The position numbers and the translations under genes are program-made. The notes under the pieces are model-generated. The model was not told the origin of the DNA, made no database searches, and worked only from the letters and a program-made list of their open reading frames with translations. From NCBI GenBank assembly GCA_045863395.1, contig BTVJ01000010.1:32001-96000 (forward strand): a stretch of 64,000 nt of DNA, in the 5' to 3' direction. The DNA comes from Myxococcales bacterium. Lineage in GTDB: Bacteria > Myxococcota_A > UBA9042 > JABWCM01 > BTVJ01. This document shows, one piece after another, positions 1 through 9,283 of the stretch. The stretch's first letter is position 1, and every line of letters starts with the position of its first letter.

Positions 1-102
1 CATGAGGCGCACGGGGCGGGGCAAGCGCTGCGCGAGGGCGGCGATGTCGCGCGCCAGCCAGGAGGCGACGGGGCGCCGGAGATCGTCGAGCACGGCGCTC
101 AT
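1..102 (-). CDS. hypD: Hydrogenase maturation protein HypD, 5' fragment (runs off window)
   Basis: Translates MSAVLDDLRRPVASWLARDIAALAQRLPRPVRLM, matching the HypD N-terminus before the EVCGxH motif (motif itself is off-window). ATG overlaps the hypC stop; hypC-hypD order is canonical. Confidence 0.7.
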   Translation of the reverse strand, partial: MSAVLDDLRRPVASWLARDIAALAQRLPRPVRLM

Positions 103-359
103 CGCTCCCCCAGCAGGCGCACGGGCACACCGGACTCCGCCTCCCAGCGGGCGGCGAGATCGGCGAACAGGCGCAGGCGGGCCGCCGCCTCCTCGGGATC
201 GAGCCGCTCGATGGCGTAGCCGGCGTGGACGATGAGCACATCCCCCACCGCTGGGGCCTCGATCAGGTCGAGGTGGACCGAGCGTCGGACGCCCTCGAGC
301 TCGACGACGCCGACGTCTCCATCGATCGACACCAGCGTCATGGGGACTGCGAGGCACAT
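99..359 (-). CDS. hypC: Hydrogenase maturation chaperone HypC/HupF
   Basis: MCLAVP N-terminus and VGDVLIVHAGYAIERLDPEEA motif; start overlaps the upstream TGA. Confidence 0.95.
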   Translation of the reverse strand: MCLAVPMTLVSIDGDVGVVELEGVRRSVHLDLIEAPAVGDVLIVHAGYAIERLDPEEAAARLRLFADLAARWEAESGVPVRLLGER

Positions 360-3199
360 CAGGGACACCTCCCGGCGATGACCGCCTGCCCGAGCGAGAT
401 GCCGCCGTCGTTGGGCGGCACGAGGGCGTGCTCCAGCACCGTGAAGCCCGCCGCCGCGAGGCCCTCGCGCACGAGCTGCGCGAGCAGCCGGTTCTGGAAC
501 ACTCCGCCCGTGAGCGCCGCGGGCAGCGGGCCCGTGCGCGCCATTCCCCGGCGAACCAGCTCCACCGCCGCCCCGGCGAGGGCACCGTGGAGGCCGAGGG
601 CGGCTGCCCCGCGGGCCCCTGGCTCCGCGCTGAGCAGCCCCCGGAGCACCGGGCGCCAGTCCACGACCAGGAGGTCACCGTCGCACACCGGTGCGCACAG
701 GGGCATCGCGGGGCCCCGACACTGCCGCGCCGCGGCCTCCAGCCGGACCGCCGCCTGCCCCTCCCAGGTCAGCGGCTCGGGAGCAAGGCCCAGGGCCGCC
801 GCCGCGGCATCGAAGAGGCGCCCGACGGCGTGGCTCGCCGGGGCGTTGACGCCTCCACGACACTGCGCGGTCCACGCGTCGAAGGCGCCCGGAGCCACGG
901 GGAGCCACGCGGGCGCAGGGTCTCCCAGCACGAACAGGCGCCCCACGAGCTGGCGGAGCGGCTCCCTCACGGCGGCGTCTCCACCCGGCAGCGGTGCCGG
1001 CGCGAAGGTGCCGAGGCGGCGCGCTCCCGCTGGGCTCACATGGAGCAGCTCACCACCCCACAGCGCGCCGTCGACGCCCAGGCCCACGCCGTCCCACGTC
1101 AGCGCGAGGGCCTCTGGGACGCCGTGCTCCGCCATGCAGGCGGCCGCGTGGGCGTGGTGGTGCTGCACGCGCTCCACGGGCACGCCCAGCTCCGCCGCGA
1201 GGCGCTCCCCGAGGCGGGTCGCCCCGAGGTCCGGGTGCAGGTCCACGGCGACGACGTCCGGCCGGCGACCCAACCGCTCCGGGAGCGCCCGGGCCAGCGC
1301 CTCGCAGGCGTCCAGGGTGGCCGGGTCGTCCACGTCACCGATGTGCGGTGAGAGCACGATCTGGTCGTCGAATCCGAGTGCAACGGTGTTCTTCAGCCCG
1401 GCGCCGAGGGCGAGTACGCACCGGTCGAGCGGCCTCCGCAGGCTGAGCGGCCCCGGAGCGTGGCCCCGGGCCCGGCGCAGGACCTGGGGCCCCCCGCTCT
1501 GCACCTGGACCACCGAGTCGTCGCAGCGCCATGCGATGTCCCGGTCGTGGGTGAGCAGCAGGTCCGCGAAGCCGAGGCGCTCCAGGGCCTCGCCGTCGTC
1601 CATGCAGAGCGGCTCGCCGCGTCGGTTCCCGCTCGTGACCACCAGCCAGTCGAAGGGCGGGGTCGGGTCGCCGGGCAGCGGCGTGAGCAGCAGGTCGTGG
1701 AGCGGAGTCGTGGGCAGCATCACGCCGAGGGTGCGCGTGTCGGGGCTGAGGTCACCGAGCGGCAGCCCACCCGCCCCCTCGCGCACGTCCAGCAGCACGA
1801 TGGGGGCCGCGGGCCCTGCCAGGGCGGTGCGCGCGGCGTCCGGCACCAGGCAGGAGCGCTCTACGGCGCCCAGGGACGCGGCCATCACCGCCAGCGGCTT
1901 GTGGGGGCGGGCCTTGAGGCGACGCAGGCGCTCGATGGACTCCGGGCGCCGCGCGTCCACGAGGAGCTGGAAGCCCCCGAGGCCGCGAAGGGCCACGACG
2001 CCGCCCCCGGCCAGCGCCGCCCGGGCGAGCCGAAGCGGGTCCCCGCCCAGGGGAGCGCCGTCTGTCCGCAGCGCCGCGAGCCGCGGACCGCACGCCGGGC
2101 AGGCGATGCTCTCGGCGTGGTGGCGCCGGTCGCCCGGGTCCTCGTACTCCGCCCGACACGCGGCGCACAACGGAAAGCGCGCGAGCGTGGTGCGTTCGCG
2201 GTCGTAGGGGGTGCGCTCCACCACCGTGTAGCGGGGCCCGCAGGCCGTGCAGGTGGTGAACGGGTAGCCGTACCGGCGGTCGGCAGGGTCTCTCACCTCC
2301 GCGAGGCAGGCGGGGCAGACCGCCAGGTCTGGTGGCACCACCACCGCGGGGGGCTCACCGTCGTCGCTCGGGAGGATGCGAAACGTGTCCACCTGCCCCA
2401 CCGGCTCCTCGGCGACCACCACCACCGCGTCCAGGCGCGCGTGGGGTGGCAGGCGGTCCGGCAGCGCCTCCACGAAGCCACCTACGGTGGAGCGTGGCCC
2501 CTCGACTCGCAGCAGCAATGAGCCCACCCGGTTCTGTGCCCACCCGCCGAGCCCCGCGTCCCGCGCCAGGCGCGCCACGGTCGGGCGCATGCCAACCCCC
2601 TGGACCAGGCCCCGCAGCACCACCGTGACCCCCACCAAGCCACCGCTCGGGCCCACCGGCCCCACGAGGCCAGCGCTCGACCCCACCGGCCCCAAGAGGC
2701 CAGCGCTCGACGCCACCGCCCCTACCGCGTCCGCCGCGGCGGGTCCCCACCCCACTCCCACCGCGTCCCGCAGCGCCCGCTCCAGCCCGTCCAGAGCGCC
2801 CTCGAGCCCCTCGCTCAGCTCTCGACGCCCGGGCCCCACGTCGAAGGGCTGGACCCCGAACACCCTCACCTCCCGCTCGCACCCCAGCGCCCGGGCGAGC
2901 CGAAGGGCATCCGCCAAGCCAAACCCGTGGGTGGAGACGGTGTCCCGGTGGTCGCGCGCCACCCCTTCGCCGAGCAGGCGCCAGGAGCCCGGCGGCAGCC
3001 CCATGTCGGCGCAGTCGACGAGCACCACCGGCCCTGCGCCCTCCAGCAGCGCGCCGGCCACGTCCAGGGCGTCCCGGTCCTCCCAGAGCGCGACGTCCAC
3101 CCCCGCGTCCCCTCGCAGCCGCTCGGCCAGCACGAGCCCCACCGCGTCATCACCGCACGCCCGGCTCCCCACCGCCGCGACCAGGACGCGGGCGCTCAC
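359..3199 (-). CDS. hypF: Hydrogenase maturation endopeptidase (HyaD/HycI family) fused to carbamoyltransferase HypF, 946 aa
   Basis: GTG at 3199 overlaps the large-subunit stop. N-terminal ~150 aa carry GSRACGDD, VLVD and STHGFGL. No stop follows before the acylphosphatase domain (GLVQGVGMRP), two Zn fingers (CPAC..CTACGPRY; CAAC..CPACGP), QHHHAH and PPNDGGISLGQA. Confidence 0.88.
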   Translation of the reverse strand: MSARVLVAAVGSRACGDDAVGLVLAERLRGDAGVDVALWEDRDALDVAGALLEGAGPVVLVDCADMGLPPGSWRLLGEGVARDHRDTVSTHGFGLADALRLARALGCEREVRVFGVQPFDVGPGRRELSEGLEGALDGLERALRDAVGVGWGPAAADAVGAVASSAGLLGPVGSSAGLVGPVGPSGGLVGVTVVLRGLVQGVGMRPTVARLARDAGLGGWAQNRVGSLLLRVEGPRSTVGGFVEALPDRLPPHARLDAVVVVAEEPVGQVDTFRILPSDDGEPPAVVVPPDLAVCPACLAEVRDPADRRYGYPFTTCTACGPRYTVVERTPYDRERTTLARFPLCAACRAEYEDPGDRRHHAESIACPACGPRLAALRTDGAPLGGDPLRLARAALAGGGVVALRGLGGFQLLVDARRPESIERLRRLKARPHKPLAVMAASLGAVERSCLVPDAARTALAGPAAPIVLLDVREGAGGLPLGDLSPDTRTLGVMLPTTPLHDLLLTPLPGDPTPPFDWLVVTSGNRRGEPLCMDDGEALERLGFADLLLTHDRDIAWRCDDSVVQVQSGGPQVLRRARGHAPGPLSLRRPLDRCVLALGAGLKNTVALGFDDQIVLSPHIGDVDDPATLDACEALARALPERLGRRPDVVAVDLHPDLGATRLGERLAAELGVPVERVQHHHAHAAACMAEHGVPEALALTWDGVGLGVDGALWGGELLHVSPAGARRLGTFAPAPLPGGDAAVREPLRQLVGRLFVLGDPAPAWLPVAPGAFDAWTAQCRGGVNAPASHAVGRLFDAAAAALGLAPEPLTWEGQAAVRLEAAARQCRGPAMPLCAPVCDGDLLVVDWRPVLRGLLSAEPGARGAAALGLHGALAGAAVELVRRGMARTGPLPAALTGGVFQNRLLAQLVREGLAAAGFTVLEHALVPPNDGGISLGQAVIAGRCP
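2641..2730. repeat. Three imperfect 30-bp tandem repeats encoding the protease-HypF linker
   Basis: caccgctcgggcccaccggccccacgaggc / cagcgctcgaccccaccggccccaagaggc / cagcgctcgacgccaccgcccctaccgcgt; encodes ..ASSAGLLGPV GSSAGLVGPV GPSGGLV.. Confidence 0.85.
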
Positions 3200-4491
3200 T
3201 CGCTGAACTCCACGTCCAGCATGTGGACCGAGCAGGAGATGCAGGGGTCGTAGGCCCGCAGCAGCATCTCCATGTGCAGCGTCAGCGCGTCGCGGCTCAG
3301 GTCCCGCAGCATGGCCGGCGCGAAGGCCCGCATGTCCGCCTCGATGTTGGCCACGTTCTGGCTGGTGGGGATGACCGCGTTGGCGGCGACGCAGCGGCCG
3401 TCGTCGCCGAACGTGTAGTCGTGGAAGAGGACACCCCGCGGCACCTCCGTCGCCCCCACCCCGCGGCCGCCCCCTGGCCGGAACGACAGGTCCTCCACCC
3501 GGAGCCCCCCCAGCGCCTGGTCGAGCAGGGCCAGCGCCTCGTGGGCGCAGTGGACGATCTCCACCACCTGGGCCAGGTTGTTGGCGTAGGGGTTGTGGCA
3601 CGGGGGCTCCACGCCCAGCTCCCGTGCCACCTCCTGCGCCGCCGGGTGGAGGTCCTCGAAGCTGTTGTTCAGGCGCGCCAGCGCGCCCACCGCGTAGGAG
3701 TCCCGGTGCCACCGCGACCACTTGGTGGTGGAGTGGGGCACGACGTGCTCGTTGCAGACGGCCTCGTACTCCGCCACCGGCACGCTCGCCCGCGTGTCGG
3801 AGCTCCAGACCTCGCCGTCGTAGAGCGCGTAACGGCCCGGCGCCTTGAGGGACACGTACTCGGTCTCCCGCTCGTAGGGGGGAAGCGGCAGGGACCGCAC
3901 CACGTCCACCGTCGCCCGCAGGTCGGGCAGCGCCTCCACCAGCCGCTCGCGGATGCCCGCCAGCGCGTCCAGGTCCGGCAGCCGCCGCCACCCGAGCAGG
4001 GTGTTGGCCATGGGGTGGAGCGTCCGCCCCCCCACCACCTGCGTGAAGTCGTTGGCCAGCTTCTTCAGGCGCAACGCCCGTCGCACCACCTCGGGGTGCG
4101 ACTTTGCGAGCGGCAGCACGCTCTGCACCCCGAGATAGTCCGGCACGGCCAGGAAGTACACGTGCAGCACGTGGCTCTGCAGGAACTGGGACAGGTTCAG
4201 GAGCTCCCGAAGCAGCACCGTCTGCGCGCTCGCCCGGAGCCCCAGCGCCGCCTCCACGGCCTTGGTCGCCGCGAGCTGGTGGCCGACGCAGCAGATGCCG
4301 CAGATGCGGCCGACGATCCAGGGGATCTCGGCCGCCTCCATGCCGCGCACGAAGCTCTCGAAGAAGCGGTGCGCCTCGACGATGCAGAGCTTCAGGTCCT
4401 CGACGGCGCCGTCCCGCACGTTGATGCGGATGCTCCCGTGCCCCTCGACCCGCGTGACGTGGTTGACCGCGATGGTGTAGGTGTCGGTCAT
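3196..4491 (-). CDS. [NiFe]-hydrogenase large (alpha) subunit, group 3b-like
   Basis: MTDTYTIAVNHVTRVEGHG start, L1 RICGIC, EVPRG, L2 DPCISCSVH followed by an 8-aa cleavable tail (MLDVEFSE). Confidence 0.95.
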   Translation of the reverse strand: MTDTYTIAVNHVTRVEGHGSIRINVRDGAVEDLKLCIVEAHRFFESFVRGMEAAEIPWIVGRICGICCVGHQLAATKAVEAALGLRASAQTVLLRELLNLSQFLQSHVLHVYFLAVPDYLGVQSVLPLAKSHPEVVRRALRLKKLANDFTQVVGGRTLHPMANTLLGWRRLPDLDALAGIRERLVEALPDLRATVDVVRSLPLPPYERETEYVSLKAPGRYALYDGEVWSSDTRASVPVAEYEAVCNEHVVPHSTTKWSRWHRDSYAVGALARLNNSFEDLHPAAQEVARELGVEPPCHNPYANNLAQVVEIVHCAHEALALLDQALGGLRVEDLSFRPGGGRGVGATEVPRGVLFHDYTFGDDGRCVAANAVIPTSQNVANIEADMRAFAPAMLRDLSRDALTLHMEMLLRAYDPCISCSVHMLDVEFSE

Positions 4492-5267
4492 CGCTTCTCC
4501 AGGCGGCGCCGGTCCGAGGCGCAGAACAGGTCGTAGCGGCTGTCCACCTGCGCATCGCTCAGCCCCGAGGCGCACAGCAGCGCCCGGTGCGAGGCCAGGT
4601 TGGCGTCCGGAAGGAAGCCGCGGCACCCGTCGCAGCGGTAGCCCTGGGTCACGCACACGGCGTCGCAGCCGGCCCACGTGACCTGCCCGAGGCAGGTGTC
4701 TCCGCGCTCGAACACGCACAAGTTGCCGGCCCGCTTGCACTCCGTGCACACCGGCGCGCGGACCGTCCGGGGTCCGGCACCCGCGAGGATCGCGGTGACC
4801 AGCCGCAGGAACTCCGCCGGCACCACCGGGCAGCCCCGCAGCGTGAAGTCCACGGGGACGACCTCGCTCACCGGGCGGACCCGCGTGTGCGCCCAGAGCT
4901 GCCACCACTCCGGGTCGGTCTGCGCACGGTCGCGCCCCTCCTCGCCGTAGACGCGGGCGAAGTGAACGGCTGGCGCGGTCGCGTTCGCGCGGGCCTGGAC
5001 GTTGCCGATGGCGGCGCAGCCCCCGAGCGCCACCAGGATGCGGGAGCGGGAGCGGATGTCCCGCAGGCGCTCAGCGTCCTCCTCCCGGTTGACGCTCCCC
5101 TCGATGAAGGCGATGTCGTAGCGGGGCGCCCTCTCGGACAGGGCCTCGCGGAACTCCACCAGGTCGACCAGCTCCAGCAGGTCGAGGAGCGCGTCCTCGC
5201 AGTTCAGGATCGCGAGCTGGCAGCCCTCGCAGCTCGCGAAGTCGAAGAAGGCGACCTTCGGCTTCAT
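4488..5267 (-). CDS. [NiFe]-hydrogenase small (delta) subunit
   Basis: MKPKVAFFDFASCEGCQ, EGSV, GGCA, GCP and C-terminal CTECK..CLG..C..C..CDGCRG; no Tat signal, so cytoplasmic. Confidence 0.93.
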   Translation of the reverse strand: MKPKVAFFDFASCEGCQLAILNCEDALLDLLELVDLVEFREALSERAPRYDIAFIEGSVNREEDAERLRDIRSRSRILVALGGCAAIGNVQARANATAPAVHFARVYGEEGRDRAQTDPEWWQLWAHTRVRPVSEVVPVDFTLRGCPVVPAEFLRLVTAILAGAGPRTVRAPVCTECKRAGNLCVFERGDTCLGQVTWAGCDAVCVTQGYRCDGCRGFLPDANLASHRALLCASGLSDAQVDSRYDLFCASDRRRLEKR

Positions 5268-6079
5268 AGCGCCTCCGGGAGTCCGGCCAGGGACGACAGC
5301 CGGAACACCGGCCCCTGCCGGCAGCAGGTCACCTCGTTGATCTGGCAGTGGCCGCACTTGCCGACCCCGCAGCGCATGCGGCGCTCCAGGTCCACGAAGA
5401 TGCGGTCGCCGCCGATGCCCCTCCGCGCGAGCGCCATCACTACGAACTTGTACATGACGGGGGGACCACACAGGGCGGCGACGGTGCGCTCCGGGTCCAG
5501 GTCCAGCCCGGGAATCGGCGCCGTCACCAGGCCGACCCGGCCCGCCCACGGCTGGTGCCGCGTCTCGTCGACGAGCCGGATCACCTCGACCCCGTCCACC
5601 TCTGCCCACGCCCGCAGATCCTCCCTGTAGAGCTCCGCGTCCGGCGTGCGGCACCCGCTGATGATGGTGATGCGCCCGAAGCGGGCCCGCTCGGCGATCA
5701 GGGCCTGGATCAATGACCGGAGCGGCACGAGGCCGAGCCCGCCGCAGACCAGCAGGACGTCCTGCCCCTCGAAGTCCGAGAGCTGGAAGCCCGAGCCGAA
5801 GGGCCCGCGCACGCCGACCGTGTCACCGGGCCCGAGCCGGTCCATGGCGCCGGTCACCGTGCCGATGCGGCGGATCACCATCTCGAGGACGTTGTCCTGC
5901 CGCGGCCCGCACGAGATGGAGATGGGCGCCTCTCCGACGCCGAGCACGGACAGCATCACGAACTGGCCAGGCCGGTGCCCGAGCGGGCGGTCGAGCTCCA
6001 CCCGGTAGAAGCGCTCGCGCTCGGTGAACCCTTCGACGGCGACGATGCGGGCCGGCCGCGGCACGTAGAGCGTGTTCAT
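5264..6079 (-). CDS. Sulfhydrogenase gamma subunit (FAD/NAD(P)-binding, 2Fe-2S; HydG/AsrB-like)
   Basis: PGQFVML, GEAPISI, RGPFG, GGLGLVPLRS, CGPPVM and ERRMRCGVGKCGHC motifs. Confidence 0.92.
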   Translation of the reverse strand: MNTLYVPRPARIVAVEGFTERERFYRVELDRPLGHRPGQFVMLSVLGVGEAPISISCGPRQDNVLEMVIRRIGTVTGAMDRLGPGDTVGVRGPFGSGFQLSDFEGQDVLLVCGGLGLVPLRSLIQALIAERARFGRITIISGCRTPDAELYREDLRAWAEVDGVEVIRLVDETRHQPWAGRVGLVTAPIPGLDLDPERTVAALCGPPVMYKFVVMALARRGIGGDRIFVDLERRMRCGVGKCGHCQINEVTCCRQGPVFRLSSLAGLPEAL

Positions 6080-7113
6080 GGGTCACCCAGCAGGTCCCGC
6101 GCGATGCTGAAGATGTCGATGTCCACCGTGCACTGGGTCCCGCAGCGCCCGCACCCGGTGCAGAAGGGCTCGCCGTGCTGCCCGGGCAGGTACTGGAACT
6201 TGCGCTTGACCCGGTGGCGCTGGCGCGCGGCGACCCCCTTGCGGAAGTCGTGGCCGTCGGCGACCGACGCGAACTCGGAGAGCATGCAGCCGTCCCAGGT
6301 GCGGCAGCGGTGCCCGCAGGTGGGCGCTGCCAGGTCCACCTCGTCGTGGGTGTCGAAGCAGTAGCAGGTGGGGCAGACCAGGTTGCAGGTGCCGCAGCCG
6401 AAGCACGCGGTGGAGTGCCGCTCCCAGACCGGAGACTGCCAGGTGCGTGAGAGCACGTCCGACAGCTCCGCAGGCGTGCCCGGGAGCTGCCGCCCGAAGG
6501 GACTCGGGCGACTCTCAAGGTACTCGCGCCGCGCGGCCCCCGGGTCATCGCACGCCGCGGCGTCCAGCGACGAGACGAGCGCCTCGCCCAGCTCCGTCTG
6601 CGCCTCCACGAGGACGGCGCCGCCCACCGGGGTCAGGAGCACGTCGGCGCCTTCCCTGTGGTCCAGCGAGCCCGTCGCCTGGCAGAAGCACCGCTCACCG
6701 CACGGGGTCCGGCAGGCGTAGGCGATGATCGCCGCCGCCTCCCGTCGCGCCAGGTAGTGGGGGTCGGGCTCCCCCTCGCGGTTCACCCGGTCCATGAGCG
6801 TGATGCCCTTGAGATCGCACGGCCGCACGCCGGCCAGGACCCGCTCGCAGTCGTCGATCACCGGCTCGGCGTGAAATCCCCCATCAGGGAGGCGGCGCCA
6901 CGTGAACAGCACCTCCCGCCCCGGCGAGAACGCCTTGCCGGGCGGCAGCACCGTGGGGCGGTAGCCCTCGAAGACGAGCGCAGCGCCCGGAGACACCGGG
7001 AGGAAGCGCAGGCCCCCATCGGGAGCCTCCTGGGGGAACAGGACGAGGCGGGTCGCGGCAAGCTCCGCGATCCACGCCAGAACGGCCGCTTCCGGTGCCA
7101 GACTGGGGCGCAT
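6076..7113 (-). CDS. Sulfhydrogenase beta subunit (4Fe-4S dicluster; HydB/AsrA-like)
   Basis: GVRPCD, CFC, CFGCGTCNLVCPTCYCF, RTWDGC and CTGCGRCGTQC motifs; start MRPSLAP at 7113 follows a purine-rich RBS. Confidence 0.9.
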   Translation of the reverse strand: MRPSLAPEAAVLAWIAELAATRLVLFPQEAPDGGLRFLPVSPGAALVFEGYRPTVLPPGKAFSPGREVLFTWRRLPDGGFHAEPVIDDCERVLAGVRPCDLKGITLMDRVNREGEPDPHYLARREAAAIIAYACRTPCGERCFCQATGSLDHREGADVLLTPVGGAVLVEAQTELGEALVSSLDAAACDDPGAARREYLESRPSPFGRQLPGTPAELSDVLSRTWQSPVWERHSTACFGCGTCNLVCPTCYCFDTHDEVDLAAPTCGHRCRTWDGCMLSEFASVADGHDFRKGVAARQRHRVKRKFQYLPGQHGEPFCTGCGRCGTQCTVDIDIFSIARDLLGDP

Positions 7114-7257
7114 CCCTCGACCACCTCCCCTCCCCCGCTTCGAGTATCCACCAACGGGGGCTCCTGGCAATCCACCGCCGGCCGTCCGCGTCAGGCGACG
7201 ACCGGGGCGTAACCCTGGCTGGCCTGCGTGCGCAGGCTCCGCTATGCTCCCCGGTCC

Positions 7258-8232
7258 ATGACGCACGCCATGACACGTCCGAGGCTGGGGGAGCGCCTGC
7301 GCAGGCGCGCAGGTGGCCTGGCGCTGCGCGCGTTCTTCGAGGGGCTGGCCCGGGGGACGGCGCTCCTCCCCGCGGCCCGGAAGGCCATCGCCGGCGTGGA
7401 CGTGGTACGGGACGTCCCGTACCGGGCGAGCGGGCTCGACGCGCACCGCCTCGACGTCTGGCGCCCGCGAGAGTCACACGCGCCAAGGCCCGTCGTCCTC
7501 TACGTCCACGGCGGCGCCTTCCGCATCCTCTCGAAGGACACCCACTGGGTGATGGCGCTGGCCTTCGCCCGCCGGGGCTACGCGGTGTTCTGCATCAACT
7601 ACCGCCTGGCGCCGCGGCACCGCTACCCGGCGGCCATCGAGGACGTCTGCGCCGCGTGGCGCTGGGTCCTCGCCAACGCCGCGCGCTTCGGAGGAGATCC
7701 GCGGCGCGCCATCATCGCCGGAGAGTCGGCGGGCGGAAACCTGGCGACCTCGCTCGCCGTCGCCTCCTCCTATGCCCGCCCCGAGCCCTGGGCGCGCGCG
7801 GTGTTCGACGAGCCGCTTCGGCCCCGCGCCGTGGCGCCCCTGTGCGGGGTGCTCCAGGTGCGCGACTCCGCGCGCTTCGCCCGCCGCCGTCCGCTCCCCC
7901 TGTGGGTGACCGACCGCCTGGAGGAGGTGGAGCACGGCTACGTGGGACGCGCCCCCACTCCTGCGACACCTGACCTCGCGGACCCGCTGCTCGTGCTGGA
8001 GCAGGGCCCGCCGGACCGCGCCCTCCCGCCCTTCTTCGCGTCCGTCGGCACCAGTGACCCTCTGCTCGACGACACCCGCCGCCTGGGGGCCGCGCTGGAC
8101 CGCCTGGGCGTCAAGAACGACGTGCGGTACTACGCGGGGGAGCCGCACGCCTTCCAGGCCTTGGTGCACCGCCCTGCCGCGCGCCGCTCCTGGTCCGACC
8201 TGTTCGCCTTCGTCGACCCCCTCGTGCGCTGA
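7258..8232 (+). CDS. Alpha/beta-hydrolase, HSL-family esterase/lipase
   Basis: HGGAF oxyanion motif, GESAGG nucleophile elbow, DPL and HAF triad residues; start could be 7258 or 7270. Confidence 0.9.
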   Translation: MTHAMTRPRLGERLRRRAGGLALRAFFEGLARGTALLPAARKAIAGVDVVRDVPYRASGLDAHRLDVWRPRESHAPRPVVLYVHGGAFRILSKDTHWVMALAFARRGYAVFCINYRLAPRHRYPAAIEDVCAAWRWVLANAARFGGDPRRAIIAGESAGGNLATSLAVASSYARPEPWARAVFDEPLRPRAVAPLCGVLQVRDSARFARRRPLPLWVTDRLEEVEHGYVGRAPTPATPDLADPLLVLEQGPPDRALPPFFASVGTSDPLLDDTRRLGAALDRLGVKNDVRYYAGEPHAFQALVHRPAARRSWSDLFAFVDPLVR

Positions 8233-8330
8233 TCGTCCCGTGACCACGGGCCCAGGGAGGCCCCAGCGCTCCCCCCTCCCAGCGACGCGGGTGTATGCTC
8301 CGCGCCGGGACCAGAGCACAAGGAGGCCCC

Positions 8331-8872
8331 ATGCGCACCTCCCAGTGGACTCTCACCGCGGCGCTGGTCGCCGCGACCACCGTCTGCGCAGCGGACGAAG
8401 GAGCGACCATGAAGATCACGTCCCACGCCTTCGACTCCATGGGGAGCATCCCCGCGAAGTACACCTGCCAGGGCGCGGACACGTCGCCGCCCCTGGCCTT
8501 CAGCGGTCTCCCCGAGGGTACGAAGAGCCTCGCCCTCATCGTGGACGACCCGGACGCGCCGGACCCCAAGGCCCCCAAGATGACCTGGGTCCACTGGGTG
8601 CTCTACGACATGCCGCTGGCGGCGCTCGCCGAGGGGGCGGCCAAGGGGGGCCTCCCCGCCGGGACCCGGGAAGGGAAGAACGACTGGAAGCGCACGGGCT
8701 GGGGCGGCCCCTGCCCGCCCATCGGACGCCACCGCTACTTCTTCAAGCTCTACGCCCTGGACACGACCCTCGGGGACCTGCACGAGCCCACCAAGGCGGC
8801 GCTCGAGGCAGCCATGGCCGGCCAGTCCTGGCGAGGGCCGAGCTGGTCGGGACCTACGAGAAGTCGAAGTAA
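8331..8872 (+). pseudogene. YbhB/YbcL (PEBP/Raf kinase inhibitor-like) secreted protein with a 1-nt frameshift near the 3' end (possibly a sequence error)
   Basis: AGGAGG RBS, signal peptide, DDPDAP, WVHW, GPCPP and HRYFFKLYALD. The conserved tail VLARAELVGTYEK is in another frame after 8824 and ends at TAA 8870-8872; the uncorrected frame ends at 8885. Confidence 0.8.
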
Positions 8873-9048
8873 GAGGGTGTATTAAAAATGGCCCGTCGCG
8901 AGCGCGTGGGCGCGCCCGCATGGCAAGGAGCGGGCTTCCCGACGAGGGGGCGCGTACTCGTGGTACTCGTCCCCTCGTCGGGAGGCCCGCGACGCGGCCA
9001 AGCGGGATGCGACCGCGCGCGTAGCAGGGCCATTTTGAATACACCCTC
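8873..9048. mobile_element. 176-bp non-autonomous MITE with 22-bp terminal inverted repeats and TAA target duplication
   Basis: Left GAGGGTGTATTAAAAATGGCCC (8873-8894) and right GGGCCATTTTGAATACACCCTC (9027-9048) match 21/22. TAA flanks both sides (8870-72, 9049-51). Internal 20-bp inverted repeat at 8930-8949/8971-8990. No transposase. Confidence 0.85.
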
Positions 9049-9088
9049 TAACGACGCCCGCGCATGCAGGCTGGACGGCAGACCGCCC

Positions 9089-9118
9089 TTGCGCGAGACG
9101 ACCGTCGTGCGGTATCCA
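9089..9118 (+). promoter_or_regulatory. Possible sigma70-type promoter for the giant-protein operon
   Basis: TTGCGC-N18-TATCCA, about 165 nt upstream of ATG 9284; weak match. Confidence 0.3.
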
Positions 9119-9283
9119 ATGTCCGTTCCCGGCGCAATTGAAGCCCGTCCACCGCACTGATCGCGGGTGCCCGAGCGATCGCGCCCAGCCCTCTGCCCGT
9201 GAGGGCGCCGGGGCGCTTGGAGCCGAGCCATGCACACTCCCCTCCCCCCCCGCGCACCGACCGAGCGAGCCGCCGCGAGCCAG

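Noticed and set aside
2641..2730. CRISPR-like repeats
   Set aside because: Contiguous, spacer-less, in-frame coding repeats with no cas genes. The Cys-rich repeats at 54860-55450 are likewise coding.
359..4555. 1398-aa ORF read as one protein
   Set aside because: The first ~450 codons overlap the hydrogenase large subunit in another frame; the real start is the GTG at 3199.
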